In this document: positions 22,501 through 34,600 of the stretch, piece after piece | How positions within the stretch are numbered: the stretch's first letter is position 1 | How the letters are laid out: each line of letters starts with the position of its first letter | Assembly (NCBI GenBank): GCA_000708835.1 | Contig: DF237025.1 | Span: 155,667-219,666 of the forward strand | DNA from: Klebsormidium nitens | Taxonomy: Eukaryota; Plantae; Klebsormidiophyceae | Length of the DNA stretch: 64,000 nt | Direction: 5' to 3' | Position numbers and translations under genes: made by a program | Notes under the pieces: generated by a model | Told to the model about the DNA's origin: nothing | Databases searched by the model: none | Seen by the model: the letters and a program-made list of their open reading frames with translations, nothing else

Positions 22501-25500
22501 AGGGCTGGTTCGGGCGGGGGCGGGGCAGCTTCCGCCTCTTTGAGCAGGTCAGCCTCCCTAATTCGTTTTTTGTCGGGATAGTTGACGTGAGAAGGGGAAG
22601 GAGTCGTTTACTCTGGCGTACTTGACGTCAGGTAAGGAGGCAGTGGGCATGAGTGATGTCAGAAGGGGAGTCTCTCGTTGTTGGTGTACTCAACGTTAGA
22701 AGGATAGAGAGATTAGTGTCATGAAGATAGCTGATTCCAGAAGGAGGTAACACTCGAGAATCACATTAATTGGTCAAGAGCAGCCAAAGGAGTCCACAAT
22801 GTGGCTCTGGAGGCATAGTTCGGATCATCGAGCATCGGAGAATGTTGGGAGGGTCAGAATATGCTTAAAGTTTCTGACCGGTACTGGGGCGAACAGAAGA
22901 TATAAGGGCAGGCATGCACGATGGCTTCATGAAAGCTGGGGTCCTCGTGGCGGACTGGTTCAAAGCAGTGTCGCCCGCACATCAGCAGCTAAAGGATGGT
23001 GGTGACATTCAGAAACGAGTTCTAAAAAGGCTACTCGCTTATACCTGCTGCGTGGTCGCGGTGGCTGCGGACAACAGCCGGTAGCTATAACAGTACACTC
23101 CCCCGGATCCAAAGCATTAGTGCAATCTTCAGAATGTAATGATTAACACGTCCTATTGCACGTTCTGGACCAAATCCTATAAGCATTCTCATAAGGCGAC
23201 TCGTTTACATTTGCAGCCACTGGTTCCGGTGGTTGCCGCGGACGACGGCCGGTGGCTGATGCAGGAGCCGCTCCAATGTATTCTGAAACCAGGGGGCCAT
23301 GGCGTCATCTGGAAGTTGGCGCACGACGAGAAGATCTTTGACTGGTTCCACGAGCGGGGGCGCAAGGCGGCCATCGTGCGCCAGATCAGGTGGGTGGCTT
23401 CTTCCGTGAAAGTTTAACTTTGCCCAAAGCATTGCCTTAGCAACGCGTCGCTCCATCTGATGCTGCCGAAAAAGGGACCTAGACCTGGAGGACACCTAGG
23501 ACAGGTTTAGCTCGACTGTTTGGGAACAGTAACCGAAACGCGCGTTTGACTGGCTCTTGAGCGCAGGCCTGATTTGGCCATAGGCAACCCGATTGGTGGG
23601 TCAGGATATGGGAGGAAAGCTCGGTACTGAGGACACGGATTTTTCTTGAAAGCTCGTTTCGTCTAACAGCAGTGAACAAAAGGGGTCCGTTGACTGCTTC
23701 CGCTTGCGTCGCCACTTGTTAGCCAGGTCTACTCGGTTGGGTCCTGGATGGAGGAAGATTCCGCTTTATGAGGCGCTATTGCAGTCTTGTGCGCCCTAAC
23801 GTTCCTTCGTGAGCGACGGTAGAAACTCGCTGATCGGAGGAAGTCTAGAGTTGTTGCGCCAGCTTCAGGAGGTCGGTTGGTGCCGAATGGTTAGCCAGTC
23901 TCTCCAGCATCAGTTGCGCGCTGGGTCTCGATTTCCGTTCCCAGCATGCTGGTCGAGCTTGCGTCAGGTCGGAGTTGCCAGAGCACGGAGAGATCTACTC
24001 AATTCTGCTGGCAAAACATGCATTCCTCATAGGCCGTTTACTTGGAGAAAATTGTCTGCCTCCTGTGGCCAACTCGCAGCGGACCGCAGCCACTCCAGTT
24101 GTGTTGGTCGCCGTTTCAACATGGAACGACAGGTCGGAGAAGCGAGGACGTAACTGGTTTCCGCTTTACTCATTTCCTGCGAGGGAATCGCACACCCGCT
24201 TTCTGACCTTGTCATGATTCACGCAGCAATCCAATGGCGGCTATGGACGCGACTCTGCTTGCGCTTTCTGGGGTCGGCCTGCAAGGTGGCAAGCGCTTCG
24301 GGTTTGCGTCGTGCGAGCGACGAGTGGGGGCGTCGGAGGGCATGAACGTGCTCAAGGTACGCTCACGATCTGTGAAAGGTGGTTCGATCCATTTGGACAA
24401 ACTTGCGCTGACCCGTTTACCAATAAGTTGATGCAAAAGACCTTGCCACCTCTCAACCACTTCTTGGATACCGTTTGAATTATAAGTGTCGACATTGGGA
24501 TTCGTTTCTTTGTCCCCGCTTTATTCACAGCCAAAATTAGTAGGCTGACCTTCCAGTCTGTCGTGGTGAATTGCTGTGTACGGTTTGAACAATGAGATTC
24601 GAGATTCTAAACACGATTCATTCAGCTTTCGGCGCGACTTCTTGCAGTCCATGATCAACAGATTGACTTAGATTGACTCTATCAAGCTTATCGTATCTCT
24701 AACCTCCTTCCCGAACTAAATCGCGCAGGAGGTGCGCACGCCGTCCGGCGAGTGGCGCTACGGCGTGAGCAACATCGAGTACACGGAGTTCGAACGAATG
24801 GGCGTCTGCGACGTGGCAGTGGCCGGGGATTCCCACCGGTCGCAGTACCCGGCCAATACAAACGTGCTGTACGTGGACCTCGGGGCGGCGCACCGGGTGG
24901 CGGCGAGCGAGGGCCGGGCGGCGCTTCCGGGGATGATCATCAACCTGAAGAAGACGGTAGAGTATAAGGACCACACGGGGCGGTTGCAGAGGTGAGGGGG
25001 CGCGAGAGGATCGTCTTTTGGTCCTGAGACATGGGGAAAATGTCGATGTCGCTTTGACGTCATGGAACACCCTTGCATTGAGCTTCATATATTTGAAGAA
25101 GACGGTGGAGTAGAAGGACCACACGGGGCGGTTGCAGAGGTGAGGGGGCGTTGGAGGAGCGCATTTGTTCTGGGTCTTTGCGCTTAAGTTTTTGATTTCA
25201 GGTAACTTTGTGCAAGAATGTTTGAATCTAAAAAGTTTGTAGAGTATGAGGATCACACGGGGCGAATGCAGAGGTGATGGGGTGTGAGAGGCGTGTTTTT
25301 GTACTGGCTTTCTACGAGAATCTCAAATCGAAATCTCATGGAACGGTGAGCGTTCAGCTTTAGAATACCCGACGAAGACGGCAAAGTATGAGGATCATAT
25401 GAGGCGACTGCAGATTTGAAGAGTGGGCGTGGGCTGAGCGTCTTGTTTCCGAAATATCGGGAAGAAAAGAACCAGTTCAAAGACTGCGGTGACTCGCAGT

Positions 25501-27869
25501 ATGGTTTGGCTCGACAAGCCCTCTGCGTCGGCTCTATTTGACACGCTGTGGTGCAGGAACAATGTTTCTTGGTCCACGAGCCTGACCTGCTCAGCCTTGG
25601 AATATAACCAGTTTGGCACCGCTCTATTCGAAGCTTCAGGAGTCTGGCACTTCTTAAAGCAAGTTACCAGCACGAGACAACGAAACTCGAGTTCCGGATC
25701 GCCGCCTTTTTATGAATCTTCGCCTGCGTTGATTCACGATCCCCACCACTTTCTTGTAGAGCGCGCGCGGGCGGCTCGAGTGTGCAGTGCTCTTTCCAAA
25801 GTTTCAGGATTTTGGCGAATCTTTAAGAAGTCACCAGAACGGGTAATGAAGGTCAACTTCCCGACTCCTACTTTTCAATGATCGTCGACTGCATGCCACC
25901 TACAATCACTATGTGTTTGCAGGGCACGCGCGGGGCGGCTTGAGTGCACGATGCAAAACATTGCGGACGAGCTTGCGCAGACGTTCCCGGAGCGCCTTTC
26001 GCCGGAAGCGTACGAAGATTTGGACACGTTTGTCGTGTACAACTCGCGGACCAAGGTGTCATCGTCCGCGAAGCGGAGGAGAAAGCCGGGGGAGATGAAC
26101 CTGCATCAGGTGGGTCACGAATTGGGTCAGGCGCAAGTGAGCGGGGGTTTAGGAAGGAGAGAATTTCGGTCGATAACTTTTTTCTGACGGTGACAGGCTG
26201 TCGAGCTCTTCAGTGGGTTCAGCGGCGGTAGGTCCAGCTTTATTTTGCGCTTCCATGCTCTTCGAAACGTCCGGTCTTGGAGATCCAGACTTCGTAGGAC
26301 TCTAGAGGGGGTTTATGACAGCCTGAGGCAGACGCCGCTGGATCGCCCTTGTCTGTTTCATAAGGTCGCCTGGCGTTTCGAAAACTGTCTGTCCGGTGAA
26401 CAGATTTCACCGTTTATCCAGACGCTTCTGCGTGCAGGGCCCCTGACTCCAAGTCTTTACCTCGCTTCGTATCTCTTCAACCCCAGCTTTTCCTCTTCAA
26501 ATCAACCAGAGGTATTGCCCCATTTGCCGCAGGTTTTGAACCAGTTACAACAGCCCAAGTTATAAGAAGACAACCTGCGTGGGACTGGTGCGTTAATCTT
26601 GGAGGCTCAGGGTGGGCAAAAGGGTGCACGTTTTCGGCTTTTTATTTCAAATGTTCGCTTTGTACTTTTTGTCGGTGTTTGCTTTGTTTTTATCCAAATG
26701 TGAGCTTGTTCTAACCATCCTGATATTTATTCCTTTTGCAGACGCCGGACGGTTCCTTCTTCGACCTGATGGCCAACGCGCACGACCTGCTGACGCAGTG
26801 TGACGTGGCGCTGCCGCCGGTGGGCGCCAAGGCCGAGTACCTCCAAAAGGGGCCGCCGTTCTTCGTGTTGCTCCACCCCGCGCTCGGGCCGCTCTGGGAC
26901 GTCATCCGACAAAAGGTGAGCGCTCTTATAAGGAAGTTACACATATTTGTCAATCAAAATGTGGATCTTGCTGCGAAGCGATTCGTAGCTCTGACACGTC
27001 ACCCGACAGAAGGTGGGCGCCTGGATTTGAGTACATTTCGTTCTCGCAGAATTGATCTCTTGGGAGCTTTTCCAGTTCTCATTCTTTAGTCTTGCTAAAA
27101 CGCGATGTGACGAGACATGGGGTCCGTTTTCTAAACCCACTCAAGAACTTGTTGGAGTCGTCCTTTCTCCCTTCGTAATGGTTGGGACGGTTGCCCACAG
27201 AAGGTGGACGTCGGTCCTCAGTTCCAATCAGACTAACTCCTTTGGAAGCATGGGCGTTCATTCTATTACACTTCTGCTCCGATGCAGATTGTCGGGGGGT
27301 CCCTGGCCCGAGGAGGCGAGCTCCAGCTCGAGATTGCCGAGCTGTGCATGCGCCACGTGTCAGTCGAGGGCAGCCTCATGATCCGCGCCGAGAACGTGAT
27401 GGGCGAGGCTTCCGTCCGGCGGACGTCCGGATCGATCCGGGAGCGGATCCTCACGTTCGGACGGCGCACCGCGCGGTGCCGGCTAGAAAACGTGACGGTT
27501 CGGAACATGGGCATCGACTGGAGCTGTCTGGCCAACGTGTACTGGCAGAACCGGCTTCAAAGAGACGAGATGCTAGAGGTCGTTTTGCACAGCGACGCGG
27601 AACTAGACGCGAGAGACGTTGTTTTAGAAGGGGGGGAGAGGATCGAGGTGCCAGCGGGACACCGGTTGAGGATCACCCGGGCGCCAAACGGCGGCCAAGT
27701 CAGGCGGTTGGAGCCGCTCGAGAAAGGGGTCGGGGGAGAGTCCCTACCGTCGTGGCATTGGCAACACAAACTGCGGGAGAATGGGAGGGTAGAACTGACT
27801 CTGGTCGAGGGGCCCGAGCGGCCGGCAGAGCAGACAGAGAGTGCCTTGGCCGCTTCAGGCAAGAATTGA
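19568..27869 (+). CDS. UGP3: Chloroplast UDP-glucose pyrophosphorylase 3 (sulfolipid pathway)
   Basis: Exons 19568-20770, 21786-21935, 22386-22547, 23217-23389, 24227-24356, 24729-24991, 25923-26109, 26742-26915, 27288-27869, all phase-consistent. Motifs LEKFYDSIGGVVGYQ, GEIYPLGGAGDRLGL, LIRDLQAREYL, KPGGHGVIWKL, YPANTNVLYVDL, GRLECTMQNIAD, HPALGPLWDVIRQK. Confidence 0.93.
24946..25430 (+). repeat. Four decaying ~145-bp-period copies of the UGP3 exon 6 3' end plus donor
   Basis: gaagaagacggtagagtataaggaccacacggggcggttgcagag|gtgagggg (real, ends 24991) recurs at ~25094-25150, ~25239-25282 and ~25376-25430 with increasing divergence. Confidence 0.9.
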
Positions 27870-28979
27870 TAGGGCGGCATCGGAGCGTCATGCACCGGAC
27901 TTGCGCAAGCGTTTTTCCTACTGACTTCGTTCTTCATTTGCGAGCGGGAATAAATCTTTTTCAGGGCTGCAAATGTGAAGGTTCGAGTCGTATGCTCAGG
28001 TGGAGTGTATGCTGAGCCGGCCCAGTACATCATGCTTGGGTTTTGGGCGGCGGCTGGGCTGCCAGGCCAGGGCTAGCTTTCTATTGAAGCATTGTCGCCG
28101 TGTTACGTATGCGCACGTATCATGCATCATGATTGGCCGGCGCGGGCAGTCATGCTGGTGCGTCGGAGGATCCAACATCTATGAAACGTTGCCGGATTAA
28201 TTCATAGCCTAGCCGGCAGCAGCTTTTTAGCTTCGACCAAAGTGTAGGTTCATATCTTAGTATACATCGGTTGCCGATCATATGCGTACAGGTATCGAGG
28301 ACTGCAACTGCCGCAGTGCCTAGCTAGCTGAATGATACTAACATGCTTAGTAGTGGTCCTCCGCCCCCTCATGCATGTTGATATATACACCGCTGACTAG
28401 CGCATGTCTGCTAAGGACTAGCTGAATGTATGGCCCAACGATCATGTTGGATCGTTGATATGTGCGTATCTGGCATGATTGCTTATAGAAGGATTTTGCC
28501 TCGGTGTATGCATAATCACATATGTCATGGGTGTTGCGTCGATGGCCTTGGTTATAACATCTGAACCGCCACACCTCGCGCATCTAAATTCAAGCCACGA
28601 ACTTGGGCTGCAAACGGTCGAATTAGCCGGGTCAAGCTAGTACCATTTGGAGCGTCAGCTGCGACATCTCCAATCGCAATCGCGAGCCTGAGCTTAGAGG
28701 TCAGCTTGGGGTAACCATGTTCCTTTCACAAACTATATTTTTCTATGATTGCGCTGGACCCTTATAAAACTTGGTCGCTTGATTTAACCAGATGAGATCC
28801 AATCGAGTCACGGTCTACAACGGCTTCAATGAGTATAATGTCCTATAGCCTTCTAGTGCGAGCTTGCTGATCTTGCTGCCACCTACTTAAGTCGCACCAG
28901 GCATATTTAACACGCACAAACAAACAACCCATCATAGCCCTGTACATACTCACACCTTCAATAGTAGTTGCATAAAAAC

Positions 28980-31296
28980 CTACAAGGACGGATCCTTAAT
29001 GACCTGAGGAACGAAGTCCGGCTTCACATACTCGCTCAGTAGCTTCGCATACATCTCATAGCGTGCCGTCAACCGAAACCCCCACTTGTCCTTCACCTGC
29101 TGGCAAAGGTTGAGATCCATATCTGCAATCATGAGCCCGTCGCGACACCGCGATAGGCTGGGCGTCCGAGAAGCGTCCGGCCCTGCGAAGTAGCTCGACC
29201 CGTAAAAGTGTCCGAAGTCCTTGTGCGCGCCCTTGCCGTCGCCGGATGTGAACGCGTTGGGGAAGGTTTCGGTGCCGACGCGGTTGATCGCGGCCACGAA
29301 ATACGTGTTGGCAATTGCGGCATTGCGCGCCTAGGAAGGGAACATGAGAAGAAACGTTATGAAGGAAGAAACCACGGGTCATTTCGCAAGCATAAGATTT
29401 TGTCCAGGCCCAATCGACCCTCTGAAGTAAAGTCGAGGCCGACCTTCATACTCTGATCGTGTCTGTAAAGCCCATGTTGTGTCAACAAGGACATGGACTT
29501 TTCTGCTGCACGACCCACTTAAGTGATCGACCGCCAAACCTCATGATTGCAACATCCAAGACCAATTTGAGCACCAGAAAAAGGTGTCCCCAAGCCCCAC
29601 CTCAACGGACCACATCGGTTCGCTCAGCTCCCCCACTGTTGCTGACGGGTTGAACACAATCTCCGCTCCATTGAGACCAAAGCCCATCCAGTTAAGGGGA
29701 TGATGCCGCCCGTAACAGATGTTGATCGCGATCTTTCCAAAGGCAGTTTCGAAGACAGGATGTCCGGTGTTCCCCTCCAAGTAGTAGGTGCTCTCGTTGA
29801 AGTCACCGACCCGTGGGATGTGATTCTGCATGGAATAGAAAGGGGTTCCGCGTATGAGGAAAGTTCTCACAAAATGGCGAACTTTTTGAATCAAAGGCTT
29901 TGGAAGAGGTTTTGTGGCTCAGATTCAAGGCAAGAACTTTTATCGGGGCAATTTGGCCACAGGAGAACGAGGATGCTTGAGCAGATCTATGATCTTTTCA
30001 CTGTCGCGTATTCAAGATTGAGATGGGGGTATTCAATTCTCGAATGATGAATAGGAGTGGACCATGTTCAATCAACTGCGGCTCTGCTGCGCTCAAAGGT
30101 TTCTTGCAGGCAATCGAACATGAACTGCTTGAATAGGCACTACCATGACACCAGCTTCTCTTCCACGGACAAACCTCCAGATTATCGAAGAACCAACTCT
30201 CACCAACCCACCTTCCGGTGCTTCCCGATCACGTTGCCGTTGTTTCCAATGACAACAGCTGTGTTCCAGATCGTTCCCCCATGCGCTTCGTCCCTTTCCA
30301 AGATCGGGCTGACTAACACCATGTTGTGTTTTCGCGCCAGGTCTTGGCAGAAGCGAGTGCTCGGGCCGGTCTCGGCACTCTCAGCAAACTCAGACCACTC
30401 CCTTTCTCTGGTGCAGAATGCAAAGGGCATCGGCCAAGCCTCCTGTAAAGTAAGATTTATTAAGATTAAAAACATCAGTAAAACAGACAAAATTATCAGG
30501 AGCATCATTCAAATACTAATTTGTTGTGATGATAAAGTAAGGTGCAGATTGGTAATCATCGGAAAGGGCGGGACGTGTTCCGCGAAGTGGAAGTGACCTT
30601 TTCCTGTCCTTCACACATGGGGCAGGCTAGAAGGTCGCGCGTTTTGAGAAACTCAATCAGGGGAGCGATGTTGAGGCAAACCGTTGCTAGAACGCATCCT
30701 TGGCTTCGAGGGCATACCTTCTGCAGGCTTCACAGTCCCTGTTTCCATGTGGCAACTTGGCAAAACATGCGGTGGCGATGCGCCAATTGACTGGGATAGT
30801 CCAACCCTGAGTTACTGCTTTCAAACCCTAATCTCAACCTCTTTCAGAAACCCTGCGAGCTCACCTGCAAACACAGGATCTTCACACTCGCTGCCCCCGC
30901 CGCCTCAACGATGCTCTTTACCCGGTTGAAGATTGCCTGCCGCTGCTTCGCGTAGGGCGCGGTCGTCGGCAGCACGATCGCATTCTGAACCACCCCAACC
31001 CTAACAACCCTCGGCGCCCTCAATTGCTCAGCCGCTGCTGAGAACTGATAAGCCTGGATGTCGAAGTCTTGCTTTTCAGCAGAGGAAAGAACTTCTTCTG
31101 AGAGGGGGAGCTCAGAGACGGGCTTGCCGCTTTTCGATCCGTGCAGGACGCGCAGCGCCTCTTCGAGCTTGTCAGAGGGGACATACTCTTTCAGGAGCTG
31201 CTCGAGCGACTCGAAGCCAGCTAGGGAGCCTGGGGTCGTGGCGGGGCGCTTGCCTGAGCTGGGGGGACGAGCTCCATCGGCCTCGAGGGGCGCCAT
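28980..31296 (-). CDS. PYD3: Beta-ureidopropionase (nitrilase superfamily, reductive pyrimidine catabolism)
   Basis: Exons 31296-30865, 30442-30212, 29825-29601, 29330-28980. Catalytic-triad contexts ILCLQEAW (E), [20 protein letters not shown] (K), [13 protein letters not shown] (C); C-terminus [27 protein letters not shown]. Confidence 0.95.
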
Positions 31297-31687
31297 CTTT
31301 GCACTTCAGATCTCCAGTGATGCTTCCCTAGGTCCTGTACTCCTGTGTGCAGCGCTCTTGAAGGAGAAGATAATTTGAATTAAATGGTACATGACTCATG
31401 AGTGCATCTCTTTCCCCCTTCCCCTGATGAAGAAGCCAAGCGAAATCTACGGGACCCGGCAACGCAACTTAAAAGCGGAAGTTCTAGGCGTCCTCGTTCA
31501 AGGCTCAGAGAGTCATTCCTTTGAACCCTTAAACTTTTGAAGCCCATGTGCAACTTGGAACACTGCTCAAGCAATGTGAAACAAACCATGTGAGCTTCTG
31601 CTTCATGCAAATGCTCTTGGCGGGTTGCATGGCCCGGGGCCGTAGCTAGGCTGCAGAAAAAAAAAAGCTGTCCTTCTCTGGGCATGC

Positions 31688-34600
31688 ATGGATCTCCTGA
31701 CGGACGCGATTGGTCTTCTGGCATCTGATGGCGAGGAACGGAAACCAGCTGCACGGGCTCGAGGAATTGAGAAGCGGTCCGAATCGCCGTCCGACTTTAT
31801 CAGCCAAGAGGACAGCATTCCCTTTGGGCCGATCTTCCCTCTCCCCCAGTTCGGCGAGGGCGCTGATCGGTTGATAGGGGTGTCCGACTTTAGTTTACCG
31901 CCAGACTTTGAGAAGCGTTTCCTCTGGTATCAGAAGCGAACGGAGAAGCACTATGAACGGCAGGGCAAGCCCCTGCCTTCAAAGACGCTCACAAGCAAAG
32001 ATGAAAGGAATATGGCCAAAGCGGAGAAGGAGGGGTTGAGCAACGGAGAGGGGGGGCTTGCGATTGTTGGACGAGGTGAGGGCGTGCTACGACTTGGGCT
32101 TCAGAACATTACTTTATCTTAACTGGTTGTAAAGTTAGTCGATGGCTGGGTGGTTTTACGTCACTCCTGCTTTGAAAGATGATTACAAGTCTGGTGGAAT
32201 GCAGGACATTTTTACACCGTTGAACATGTAGTCAAGTCCTTGGCGCGGAGCCAGAGTAGCCCAGCTACGGTGTTGGCAAGTAGCAGGTCCCGCCTCCGTT
32301 GAAACCCCACTACATTAAGTTCCTTTCTAGTTCATGCCCCTCTGAAATCCCTCCAATCCCTGGTCCATGAAAAATCCTGAAGAAAAGTCCCGGAAAGTCC
32401 ATGTTTCTGGTCTTACCCCTGTTCTAAATGACACTTCTCCCCAAATCACTCCTGAGCACTTTTAGAAAAGTCCAAGACGATTCAAAGTTATCGAACCACA
32501 GATTCTCTCGACAACAAACGTTAACCAGACAGAAATTTGTAAACATAGGTCGGAGCGGTGGCTCCGGCAACAAGCCCCCCGCCTACAAGCACCTGAGGAG
32601 GAACACATTCTTCCGGAGGAGCCATGTTGTTCTGCCCCCCGACGAGATCCAGGTGTGCGAGTGCCGCCCGAGCGAGGGATGTGCGTTGGACCACTGCTTG
32701 AATGCAGTCACGCACTGGGAGTGCACGCCGGGGTATTGCCCGTGCGGGGAAGAGTGCCAGAACCAGGTGAGGACTGTGATCCACGTAATCGTCAAAAACG
32801 TGAGAGACAAGTTTCGAATTGAGGAACTGATCCAAATGGTGCGAGACCATTGCAGATGGTGGTATGGTGTATGACTTTAGAAACAGGAACGTAGGAGACA
32901 AGGACAGGGGTCGATTGTGTGTCAATGTGTCCTCGTTATACTCAGATTAGCGAGGGATCCTGATATTAGTTCGTAGGCTTCGTTAACCCACTTTGATTCC
33001 TCGCTCGTCAGTGCCAGCATTTCATGTGCATTCTCTCCAGACAAAGATAGATAGCCCATAGAGTGGAAACCGGCTATTGTCTCTCCTGTTCGGAACAGGA
33101 CGTTTTGGGCGCAGTGTCATTTCATTGAGCATCCCATGCCCATTCTATGGTCCAAATCCTTTTGGAAACCGGGTGTAATAACATCAAAGTGAATCTGTAA
33201 AGCGTGTAGATGGGGGTTCCTCTTCGCTTGAAATGCCCCCATTACTTCGTTCCGTGCAGCGCTTTCAGCGATGTCAGTACGCAGACGTCAAGCCATGCAA
33301 AACGGAGGGGAGGGGTTGGGGTCTCTATGCGCAGGAAGATATCAAGGTGAGGTCGTATCTACTTGCCCGAAACTTTGAAGTGAATCTACCTTCTTTTCTA
33401 CCTCCCTTCTCTTCCTCCTCTTTCAACTCTTGTTCGAGAAGCCGGTAGGTCGTGAGTAGTACAAACGGATTGGAAGACAATACTCTCAATTTACTCTGCC
33501 CGAGACATGACATCCAGGAAGGCACGCGGCTTCGATCTTGATTCACAGAATTCAACGTGAAGAGTTAATGGAACGGAGTACATTGTTGCAATCCGTGCGG
33601 TGGATCCTGAACCAACAAATCCCAAATTTCCTCGGTCGAAATCCGCGGTTGGACAGAGAAAAACTGCTCCTGGAACGCAGGCTGGCCAGTTCGTGGTGGA
33701 GTACTGCGGGGAGATCATCAACGACAGGGAGGCCGTCAAGCGCTCCGAGGACTACCGACGGGAGGGTGAGCAGCCTCATCTGGGCCTGCTCTACACGTCC
33801 GCTGCCTGTGGGTACGCTTGTCAAAGGCTTGAAAGCGGATGCTCCAGTTAACGCATGAAAGAACAACGTGAGGGGTATATTGCGTTTCGTAAACCTCAAG
33901 GGGTGACGAGTCCACAGCTGAATCAGGTCAGGCAGCGAGTCGAGGCTGCGCGCCGCATTCGACAGGTGGACGAGGGTCCGTTTGACACTTGAAGATCAAT
34001 TGAGAGTTCCTAAAATAATGCAAATGCATTGGTCGGGCTAACGTGACTGCAAGGTATTGCCGTTGCTACTGAATACACGCATGAAAGCACCCATCTTAGC
34101 GACAAGCAAAGTGTGCGTGCTCCAGCTCTCACGCCGCGCCTACAAAACGTTCCTTCTTCTCCAGGCCTGCGCGACCACTACATGCTCATTCTGAGCGGCT
34201 CGGAGGTTATTGACGCCACCAAGAAGGGCAGCTACGGCCGCTTCATCAACCACTCCTGGTGAGCGCTGCCGACGTCATCTGGCTTGCTGACGTCATCTTT
34301 GCTGGGCTGACGGCTTGAAGCCGTACTCCTTCTGGCGGGCCAGGGTTGTGGGTGGCTAAGCGATTGCTGAGTTCCGGGATGCAGCGTACGCGCAGGTCCC
34401 GTTTGGATTATGCGTACGATAATCGAAACGGCTATGTCCGGCTAGTTCGGACTTTCCTGCCCGGCTCCTTAGGCTCGCACAGGCCATCTCCAACCTCGAA
34501 ACCCTGTTAAAACCAGTCACTTCCATACTCCTAAGTGTCAAGTTCTTGATCGGCCGCAGCCCAAATCCAGTCAGTCTGACACTCATTACCCCACCTCCGT

